A stretch of 64,000 nucleotides of DNA from Ostreococcus lucimarinus (lineage: Eukaryota). This document shows, piece after piece, positions 10,637-18,324 of this stretch (within the stretch, counting starts at the first letter, position 1; each line of letters starts with the position of its first letter). The stretch lies in NCBI GenBank assembly GCA_000092065.1, contig CP000585.1; one strand, given 5' to 3'. The position numbers were made by a program, and so were the translations under genes. The notes below the pieces were generated by a model. The model did not search any database, had not been told where the DNA came from, and saw only the letters and a list, made by a program, of their open reading frames with translations.

Positions 10637-13519
10637 ATGCACCGCCTCGGCGCCGTGGCGTCGTCGTTCAAGCACGGCGCGTCGAGCGTGGCGAAAAACA
10701 TCGTCTTCGGCGCGCCCGAGGACGATTCGGGCGCGGGCGCCGAGCCGTTGCTGGACGAACTCACCGAGGGCGTCCTCGGCGCCGATCGCATCGCCGCCGC
10801 GGAAGCGCTGCGACGGTTGATCGAAAAGGATGAACGCGCGCGGTCGTTCGTCGCCGAGCGAGGGCTGGTGAAGATGTTCGAGACGCTGCGGGATACGAAC
10901 GATGACGACGGTTTGGTGCGCGCGACGCTGGAGACTATGCGAGCGGCGGCGAGCGGAGAAGCGAGCGAAGGACGCGAACGGGCGCGAGAGGTGATCACGG
11001 GAGACGTGAATAACGTGAAACAGTTGGTGAGTGAGCTTAGGGGGGTGGATTTTTATTCAAAGCTGCACGCGGCGCAGACGCTGAGCGAGGCGAGCGAGAC
11101 GCGAGGCGAGGCGATGCGAGCGGGAATGTTGGCGGATCCCACCGCGGTGCCGACGCTGATGGATGCGATGAAGGAAAATGAAGTGATTCGTAATGAAATA
11201 CTATTGCTTCTTGTGTCGCTGACGAGAGGAAACGAGGAGTTGCAAAAGATCGTTGCGTTTGAGGGCGCGTTTGAGCGCGCGTTCGCCGTGATGCGAGAGG
11301 AGGGTGGCGTCGACGGCGGCGTGGTCGTGCAAGACTGTTTGGAGTTGTGCAATAACTTACTCAGGGATAATCCTAGCAACCAGACCTTGTTTCGCGAGAG
11401 CGGGTTTGTGCGCAGCGTTCCGGGCATGGCGGCGGTGGAGCGTGAGATTGGTAATGCCGGCATGCAAGGAATTTCGGCGCAAAAAGCAGCGAATACGTTG
11501 TGCGCGCTCGAGACGGTGCATCTACTGGTTAGCCCTGATGAAGAAAGTGGGAAACGTAAGCACTTGAACAGAGATGACGAGCTAGATGCGATGATGAAGC
11601 AGCAACGCTTGCAGGGTTGTCGAGCGAACCAAAGCGAATTGGCCAAGCACGGAACGGTGGAAATTCTTGTGCGAGCGGCATTGGGAGATTCAGCGGTGAA
11701 CGCCGTCAGTGTGCGCGTCGCAGCCTTACGCGCATTGGCGGCGCTCGTGCGCGACCATGAAGGTAACCAGACCGCGTTGTTTAGCGCCACGGCTGATCGT
11801 GCGGGCACGGTGACTGAACCAGCGCTGTTGTCGTGCGGCCGAGCGGCGCTACATAGCGAATCGCCAGCTGAGCGCAGTGCCGCAATATTAGTTTTAGGCG
11901 CGGCGATGCTCGGAAATCCCGATGGTCAGCTACTGCTCGTATCCACGCTCGCACCGACTGGTCTAGGAGCTGATGACAGGAGTGAGGAGTCGTCGCTTGG
12001 TGGGTTACTTGCCCGAGCTCTTATGCAGAAGGGCGGATCGAGCGTGGCGTTCGACGAAGCCAGCACAGCGGCGGCGAGTGTTCTTCGCGACATGCTGCAC
12101 AAAAACGATCAAAGTAAACTCAAAGCACTACGGGTAAACTTGGAACCACTGAGCTCACGCTCGAACGCGTCTGAACTGTTGCTTCCTCGTTGCGTGCGCC
12201 AACTCGCGGTGACGCACGCTCGGGAAGAGGATGAAGAAAAGGTGGAAAAGCTGCAGTCGGTTCTCTTGCGGCTTTTGATCGTGTGGCTATACGAGTGCAA
12301 GGCGGCGGTTGAAGCGTTTTTGTCGTCCCCGGGGCATCTTCCCGCCATAGCCGATCTGGCACGAACTGGCGGAAGCACAGAATCGCCCCATGTCGCCGCG
12401 CTCGCATGCGTCGTGTTGGGATGCTGCTTGCTCGAAAACTCTGGGAGCGTGCTCGACGTCGTCTCTGCCCGAGTGGGATTGCAGAATTTCTTCATGAAGT
12501 GGGAGACGATGACGAAGTCATCGCTGTACGCCGACGCGTCGAGAGCACCCACGTTGCCAAAACCTTTGACGCGAGCGAATGCGGCGAAGTTCGCGACGCA
12601 GAGTGAGGGAGCGGAGGATGTCTCACCCGGTGGAGGATTGTACGATCACGACATTACAGTGTTCATCAACGAGTTAGAAGAGCGCGTGAAGTCGGCAATA
12701 ATGTCACTGTATGCGAAGCCTTCGGGCGCTGGAGATGAGTGTGCGGTGTCGAGCGTGGCTAAACGAGAGGACGAAGACGACGTCTCATACGCGCGGCGCT
12801 TACAAGAGGCACTTCAAGCGAGTGAGTCGGAATTAGCGGAGGTGCGCTCGCGAAACGCCGTACTGGCAGAACAGATTTTGGGCGTTGCACCGACATCGGC
12901 AAACGCGAGCGATGATCCATCCGCAGTGGCGAAGAACGGCGCGCGTCACGCGTCCGCCGAAGCCCTTCACGCCGCCGTCGAGGCGGCGAAGCGAGCGAGC
13001 GCCCAAGAGATCGCATCCCTAACTTCCGAGCTTGAGGAAGTCAAAAAAGTGGCCGAAGAACGTCAGGAAGCCCTCACGTCATTGAGCACGGCGTATAACG
13101 GTTTAGAAGCGGAGGTGTATCGTCTCGAAACTGAAGCCAATGGCTTGCGCGAAAAGCTCCACGCGTCTTCGGAATTTGGCGGCGGCGCCGCGCCCGAGAC
13201 CTCATCTTTAGACATCGCGCGAGAAGCCGGCCGCGAAGAAGGTCGCCGTCTCGCTGAGGCTGAAGCAGAGTTACGCATCCGTGACGCCGTCGACGCCGCG
13301 CTCGTGGACGCCGATTCTCGCCTCCGCGCCGCCGTCGAAGCCGCCGTCGCCGACGCTCGCGCCGCCGACGAAGCAGAGCTCAACGATCTTCTCGCCTGTC
13401 TCGGGCAAGAGGAAGCGTCCAAGGAGCACTTGCTCGCTAAACTCATCGCCGCGGGCGAGAGCGAGGCCGCGCTATTGGACGAGCTCGCGTCCATCGTCAT
13501 CGAGGACGTCGACGCGTAG
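10637..13519 (+). CDS. USO1: general vesicular transport factor p115/Uso1 (armadillo N-domain, coiled-coil, acidic tail)
   Basis: 'VIRNEILLLLVSLTRGNEELQKIVAFEGAFERAFAVMREEGGVDGGVVVQDCLELCNNLLRDNPSNQTLFRESGF' is near-identical in pattern to the p115 armadillo core. It has a C-terminal coiled coil and the acidic end 'IVIEDVDA'. Confidence 0.75.
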   Translation: MHRLGAVASSFKHGASSVAKNIVFGAPEDDSGAGAEPLLDELTEGVLGADRIAAAEALRRLIEKDERARSFVAERGLVKMFETLRDTNDDDGLVRATLETMRAAASGEASEGRERAREVITGDVNNVKQLVSELRGVDFYSKLHAAQTLSEASETRGEAMRAGMLADPTAVPTLMDAMKENEVIRNEILLLLVSLTRGNEELQKIVAFEGAFERAFAVMREEGGVDGGVVVQDCLELCNNLLRDNPSNQTLFRESGFVRSVPGMAAVEREIGNAGMQGISAQKAANTLCALETVHLLVSPDEESGKRKHLNRDDELDAMMKQQRLQGCRANQSELAKHGTVEILVRAALGDSAVNAVSVRVAALRALAALVRDHEGNQTALFSATADRAGTVTEPALLSCGRAALHSESPAERSAAILVLGAAMLGNPDGQLLLVSTLAPTGLGADDRSEESSLGGLLARALMQKGGSSVAFDEASTAAASVLRDMLHKNDQSKLKALRVNLEPLSSRSNASELLLPRCVRQLAVTHAREEDEEKVEKLQSVLLRLLIVWLYECKAAVEAFLSSPGHLPAIADLARTGGSTESPHVAALACVVLGCCLLENSGSVLDVVSARVGLQNFFMKWETMTKSSLYADASRAPTLPKPLTRANAAKFATQSEGAEDVSPGGGLYDHDITVFINELEERVKSAIMSLYAKPSGAGDECAVSSVAKREDEDDVSYARRLQEALQASESELAEVRSRNAVLAEQILGVAPTSANASDDPSAVAKNGARHASAEALHAAVEAAKRASAQEIASLTSELEEVKKVAEERQEALTSLSTAYNGLEAEVYRLETEANGLREKLHASSEFGGGAAPETSSLDIAREAGREEGRRLAEAEAELRIRDAVDAALVDADSRLRAAVEAAVADARAADEAELNDLLACLGQEEASKEHLLAKLIAAGESEAALLDELASIVIEDVDA

Positions 13520-13627
13520 TCGCCGACGTCAAACCAACCGTCGCCGAGTTGTAATCCACGCGCACTTCCCCCCGCACACCGCACCGCGCGCGCGAGCTCG
13601 CGCCCACACACCGCGCGCGCGCATTCG

Positions 13628-14818
13628 ATGGGCGCCGCCGCGGCCAAGCTTCGCGATCTCCGCGCCGGCCCGCTCGACGCGTCCGAGTGCGCCGAACTCA
13701 AACCAGTCTGGGGCCCATTCGTGGACACCTTCGTCGCCACCTTACACGCCCAAGGCGCCGCCGTCGCGCCCGTCGACGTCGACGAACGAACGCCGCGATC
13801 GCCCGCGACGCCGTCGGCGGCGCACGCGTCGACGTCGACGTCGTATCGACGCCCGAGCGTCGAACGATTGGTCGCCATCGGCGACGTGCACGGAGACCTG
13901 GCGAAGACGCGCGAAGCGTTTCGCGCGGCGAAACTGACGAACGCGCGCGACGAATGGGTCGGAGGGACGACGACGTGCGTGCAAGTGGGCGATCAGCTCG
14001 ATCGAGGGAAGGACGAGGTGGCGATATTGCATTTTTTGGAGCGGTTGCGAGGCGAAGCGCGAGCGGCGGGGGGCGAACTCGTGGTGATGAATGGAAATCA
14101 CGAGACGCTGAACGTGAGCGGGAGGTATAGGTATTCGTTAGCGGAGGGTAACGCTGATTTCACGCGATGGCGGGCGCGACAGGACATTGGGAAGGTTTTG
14201 CGAGCGAATTGCGGGTTGGCGGCGGGCGTGTGCGAGTCGCGCGCTGGCGAAGCGGCGAAGACGGATACTCTACCGAGTTTCGTGAAAGAGGGCGAGGGTG
14301 ATCGCTGGCGCGCGCTCGCTCCGGGAGCACCGTTGGCGCTGAGGTTTTTGGCGCACCAGCCGGTGGTGGTGGCGATCGGGAGCACTTTGTTCGTGCACGG
14401 CGGTGTGTTACCAGAGCACGTCAAGTACGGCTTGGATACGCTCAACGAAGAGATCTCGCAGTGGATCAAGCGGGGTAAAATCAAAAGTGCGCCGCCGTTA
14501 AGCGTCCAAGGGCGAGATTCGGTGGTTTGGGCGCGCGATTACTCGCACGTGCAAGAACATAAGTGCGATTGCGACTTACTAGAGGAGACGCTTCGGATGA
14601 TTCCCGGCGTCGAGCGCGTCGTCGTCGGGCACACCATCCAGCATCCGCACGGAATTACCTCCGCGTGCGACGGTAAAGTCATCCGTATCGACGTGGGTAT
14701 GTCGAAAGGGTGCGTCGACGCCAAACCTGAGGCGTTAGAGATTTTAAAGGACGGCGAGTCCATCGCGAAAATGAAGCTTGGTGACGACGGCGAAACCGTC
14801 GAGACGACGACGTTGTGA
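13628..14818 (+). CDS. PPP-family Ser/Thr phosphatase, Shewanella-like (SLP/Shelph) type
   Basis: Metallophosphoesterase motifs GDVHGD, GDQLDRG and GNHE are present, with a bacterial-like SLP architecture. The N-terminus 'MGAAAAKL' fits the N-myristoylation consensus. Confidence 0.7.
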   Translation: MGAAAAKLRDLRAGPLDASECAELKPVWGPFVDTFVATLHAQGAAVAPVDVDERTPRSPATPSAAHASTSTSYRRPSVERLVAIGDVHGDLAKTREAFRAAKLTNARDEWVGGTTTCVQVGDQLDRGKDEVAILHFLERLRGEARAAGGELVVMNGNHETLNVSGRYRYSLAEGNADFTRWRARQDIGKVLRANCGLAAGVCESRAGEAAKTDTLPSFVKEGEGDRWRALAPGAPLALRFLAHQPVVVAIGSTLFVHGGVLPEHVKYGLDTLNEEISQWIKRGKIKSAPPLSVQGRDSVVWARDYSHVQEHKCDCDLLEETLRMIPGVERVVVGHTIQHPHGITSACDGKVIRIDVGMSKGCVDAKPEALEILKDGESIAKMKLGDDGETVETTTL

Positions 14819-14854
14819 GCGCATCGCCGCACGCACCGTTGACGCAGTAGTATT

Positions 14855-14859
14855 TGTAA
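14855..14859 (+). promoter_or_regulatory. TGTAA poly(A)-signal-like motif ~37 nt after the phosphatase stop
   Basis: Similar TGTAA motifs lie 10-35 nt downstream of the stops at 13519, 22829, 25650, 31918 and 60387, and on the minus strand after 9619. This is about half of the genes inspected. Confidence 0.4.
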
Positions 14860-14959
14860 AAGAATATTCTCTCATCTGATTCATATTCACAAGCTTCGCC
14901 GATGCGAATTTCTAATTTTACTGGGACAACGAGAATGCTATGAAAAGAAAGAAGTCGCC

Positions 14960-15334
14960 TTACGCGTTCATGCAAAGGGTGGCGCACCCAGACTCGGGAA
15001 ACCCGATCGGGTTGTTCGTAGTGCTCGTACTCGTCGGCACGCACGTGTTGACGAACGAGCTGCACCCAGACATCGCCGCCTTCACCCACGGCAAGAGCGC
15101 CGGCAAAGTCGTCGGCGCCGTCTTCGAGGCGTCGTTCCCGACGTAACGGAACATACCCAAGTATTTCGGCGGCAAGTGACGGTACGGCGCGTGTCGCATA
15201 CCGGTCGTGATGAAAATCAACGCCGCGTAAATCCCCGAGAAGAACGTCCAGAGACAAAGGATGTACACCGCGAGCTTGGCGATGTTTTCCTTGCTCATCT
15301 CGTACCCCGGTTCCACCGGCGCCTTTTCGACCAC
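14960..15334 (-). CDS. signal peptidase complex subunit 1 (SPCS1/SPC12)-like small membrane protein; 3' end uncertain
   Basis: '..IKLAVYILCLWTFFSGIYAALIFITTGMRHAPYRHLPPKYLG' has two TM segments followed by the SPCS1 signature P-x-Y-R-[RH]-x-P-[LP]-K-[WY]-L. A ~50-aa non-conserved tail follows, and a GTATGT sits right after the motif, so the last part may be intronic. Confidence 0.4.
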   Translation of the reverse strand: MVEKAPVEPGYEMSKENIAKLAVYILCLWTFFSGIYAALIFITTGMRHAPYRHLPPKYLGMFRYVGNDASKTAPTTLPALLPWVKAAMSGCSSFVNTCVPTSTSTTNNPIGFPESGCATLCMNA

Positions 15335-15752
15335 AACCTACGTTCCGTCGCGTCGCGTCCATCGTCAGTCGCGCGTTCCGATCGTCGATCGATTTTTCAT
15401 TCACCGCGCGCGCGTCGTCTCGTCCCCGCGCGTCGTTCGCGCGCGCGTCCGACGCCGTCCGCGTCGCGCCCGCGAGAGGTTTTCGCCGTCGCGTCGATCG
15501 CGTCGCGCGCGCGCCGCGCGACGTCGATCGCGCCCGCGGCGCGCGCGCGATCGATGTCGAGCGACGCGTTCGCGCCGTCGCGCGCGTCGCGCGTCGCGCA
15601 CCTTCTCTTTCTTCGCCGCCATCGTCGCGCGTCGTGTGGCGTCGACCGCGGACCTTTCGCGACGGCGGGGTCGACCGACCGCGGTCCGCGGGGCGATGGC
15701 GCGGTTTTAGGGCGGGCCGTACTGTTTGCGCATACGATTGGAATGTGATGCT

Positions 15753-16835
15753 TTAAAAGAGCGTCTTGGACAGCGTCGCGACGGCGGCGCGGAGGACTTT
15801 GGCGTCGCCGCACGCGATGACCTCGCCCTGGAATTCGCCGGACTCTAGAGACGCGCGATCGGCGGTGAAACGCAAGGCGTTGCCCTTCCAGTCGGTCATG
15901 TAACCGCCCGCGCCCTTGACGATGGGGACGAGCGCCATGTAGTCGTACGGCTTGAGGTCGGCTTCGACGACGAGGTCGGCGAATCCCATGGCGAGTAAAC
16001 CGTAGGCGTAGCAGTCGCAACCGTACATTGGAATCTTAACCTTACGCGCGAGGGTTTCGTAACGCGCGGCGTTCATGCCTTCGAACATTAACGGCGTGGT
16101 GCTGTACATGTACGCGTCGCCGACGCTCTCGCACGGCTTGACGGATATCGGCTCGCCGTTCATCGTGCTCACGCGTCCACTGACCCCTATCCATCGCTCC
16201 TTGAGCACGGGTTGATCTAAAATCCCAAGCACGGGCTCGCCGTCGTGCAAAAGCGCGATTAACGTCCCCCAAAGTGGTTTACCCGTGATGAAACTCTTCG
16301 TCCCGTCGATTGGGTCGAAGACCCACGTCCACTCGCTCGACCCGCCCGCGCCGAGTTCGATCCCGTGTTCCTCCCCGAAGATCGCGTGCGTCGGGTACTC
16401 TCGCGTCACCATCGCTCGCATCACCGCCTCCGCCTGCTGATCCGCGATCGTCACCGGCGACGAATCCTTTTTATCCTCCACCTCGACGCCGCGCGCGCGA
16501 AAGTACTTCGTCGTCGTCCCGCCCGCGGCGTCCGCGAGCGCCTCCGCGAATCGCACGTACGCCTCCGGCACGACGACGCGCGGCACATCGCTCGCATCGC
16601 CCATCGCCGCGCGCGCGGTCGCGCGCGCGCGCGTCGCGCGTCGCCTCGAATTCGCGTCGCCTCGAATCCGCGTCGACGCCGACGCGCTCGCCGCGCTCGC
16701 CGCGCGCGCGTCCGCGGCGCGCATCGCGCGCGGGACGCGCGACGGAACGCGACGCGCGACGCGAGCGCGCGACGCGAGCGCGCGACGCGAGCGCGCGACG
16801 ACGTGTGCGGTCGACCGAAGCGGCTCGGTCGACAC
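15753..16835 (-). CDS. inositol-monophosphatase-family enzyme, bacterial/plastid HisN (histidinol-phosphatase/IMPL2)-like
   Basis: IMPase motifs 'FDPIDGTKSFITG', 'WGTLIALL..GEPVLGILDQP' and 'DWKG'. The Arg/Ala-rich N-terminal ~75 aa look like a transit peptide; an alternative ATG lies at 16604. Confidence 0.65.
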   Translation of the reverse strand: MSTEPLRSTAHVVARSRRALASRARVARRVPSRVPRAMRAADARAASAASASASTRIRGDANSRRRATRARATARAAMGDASDVPRVVVPEAYVRFAEALADAAGGTTTKYFRARGVEVEDKKDSSPVTIADQQAEAVMRAMVTREYPTHAIFGEEHGIELGAGGSSEWTWVFDPIDGTKSFITGKPLWGTLIALLHDGEPVLGILDQPVLKERWIGVSGRVSTMNGEPISVKPCESVGDAYMYSTTPLMFEGMNAARYETLARKVKIPMYGCDCYAYGLLAMGFADLVVEADLKPYDYMALVPIVKGAGGYMTDWKGNALRFTADRASLESGEFQGEVIACGDAKVLRAAVATLSKTLF

Positions 16836-16884
16836 ATTTGGTCGTCACAGAGCGACGCGCCTCCGCGTCACCGCGCGCGCCGCG

Positions 16885-17531
16885 ATGGCGGACACGAACC
16901 GAATCATGAAAGAGCTGCGCGAGATCGCGAGCGACGTCGCGTCGCAGGTCAAGGTGACGCAGCACGGGGACAGTTTGGTGCACATGAAGGGCACCATCGC
17001 GGGTGCGTGCGCGCGATCGCGACGCGGCGAAACGCGTCGCGAGAGACTGACGGGCGACGGCCGCGCGCAGGACCGAGCGAGACGGTGTACGAGGGCGGGA
17101 CGTTTCACATCGACATACAGATCGGGGCGTCGTATCCGTTCGAACCGCCGAAGATGAAGTTTCTCACCAAGGTGTGGCATCCAAACGTGTCGAGCCAGAC
17201 GGGGGCGATTTGCCTGGACGTGCTGAAGGATCAGTGGTCGCCGGCGTTGACGCTGAAGACGGCGCTGTTGTCGTGTCAGGCGCTGCTGGCGGCGCCGGAA
17301 CCGGACGATCCGCAGGACGCGCAGGTGGCGCAGATGTACACGGAACGACGAGGGGAGTTCGACGAGACGGCGAGGACGTGGACGAAGAAGTACGCCACGG
17401 AGGATCAGAAGGATCCGGTCGTCGGGGAGTTGATGGAGATGGGGTTCAGTGAGGGTGCGGTATTGAAAGCGCTGACGAAGTGCGGTGGGAATAAGGATCG
17501 CGCGGTCGAGGAGCTGTTGGGGGGGGCTTGA
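16885..17531 (+). CDS. UBE2K: ubiquitin-conjugating enzyme E2 K (Ubc1-type, C-terminal UBA); 2 exons 16885..17002 and 17071..17531
   Basis: Exon 1 'MADTNRIMKELREIASDVASQVKVTQHGDSLVHMKGTIA' is the UBC N-terminus. Exon 2 '(G)PSETVYEGGTFHIDIQIGASYPFEPPKMKFLTKVWHPNVSSQTGAICLDVL..' plus the UBA tail 'LMEMGFSEGAVLKALTKCGGNKDRAVEELL' are colinear with E2-25K. The two frames are joined by a 68-nt GT..AG intron, with the split codon G+GA giving Gly. Confidence 0.8.
17003..17070 (+). other. spliceosomal intron of UBE2K-like gene (68 nt)
   Basis: GTGCGT donor at 17003, CTGAC branch at 17046-17050, CAG acceptor ending at 17070. Removing it restores the conserved ..TIAG|PxxTxYEGG.. junction. Confidence 0.7.
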
Positions 17532-17637
17532 ACGCCGCCGTCGATTCGGTTTGCGCGAACGATGAACGTCGAAACGAACTACAATAGCACAGCACAACGC
17601 GCTTCGAGGCGCAATAGCGGATACGTACGATAAATAA

Positions 17638-18279
17638 ATGACACATAATGATCGCATCCAATTTATTCCCAAGTGGCACGTTCTGCTCGTGATTTTGTGC
17701 GCGTTCACGTCGTCGTACGCGGCGGCGGAGTCGGAGGCGAGGGCGCGAGCAACCGCGGCGCGAGTTCGCACCGCCGATGTCCGCACGTGCACCGGTCGAC
17801 CGGTAGACGCGCTCGTCGTCGGGCAAGCCATATGCTTGCGACAGCAAATCGATACCGCTTTGATTCAACCGCTTCCTCTGAGCGACGTGGACGTGGACGT
17901 AAAGGTGCTCGTCGGCGACGTCCAACAGCCTCTTCGAGGCGAACCTGTCGTCGACGCAGCGACGGATTCTATCACGTTTACATTCGTGCCGACGCGCGAT
18001 GCACGAAGCGGACGACTAAGTGTGGAGACTAGTGTGCAGCCGTCGAGCGATCCTCGCGTGAGTGCGGGGTATTACGATGTCATCTGGTACGAATTGAGTG
18101 TTGTGTGGCCAACATTTTTCTCGTATCGCGAGGTGGATGTGGCGCCGTCGACTGTGGAAGAGGAAGAGGAAGAGGAAGAGGAAGAGGTCAAGGCGGAGGT
18201 GGAATTCAACCCATTCCCCTGCACGTGGTTTCTCGGCGCCGATTATTTGTGCAACTCCACGACGTGGATATCAGGATGA
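17638..18279 (+). CDS. hypothetical secreted protein with poly-Glu tract
   Basis: 213-aa ORF in the only sizeable gap between UBE2K and the helicase. It has an N-terminal signal-peptide-like segment 'WHVLLVILCAFTSSYAAAE' and a (GAAGAG)5 microsatellite encoding E10. No recognisable family. Confidence 0.25.
   Translation: MTHNDRIQFIPKWHVLLVILCAFTSSYAAAESEARARATAARVRTADVRTCTGRPVDALVVGQAICLRQQIDTALIQPLPLSDVDVDVKVLVGDVQQPLRGEPVVDAATDSITFTFVPTRDARSGRLSVETSVQPSSDPRVSAGYYDVIWYELSVVWPTFFSYREVDVAPSTVEEEEEEEEEEVKAEVEFNPFPCTWFLGADYLCNSTTWISG
18157..18186 (+). repeat. (GAAGAG)5 microsatellite, coding for poly-Glu
   Basis: Direct read of the sequence; it lies inside ORF 17638..18279. Confidence 0.9.
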
Positions 18280-18324
18280 CTACTTTAAGATTGTTGAAAT
18301 GTACAGCTCTACATCTACGATTTT

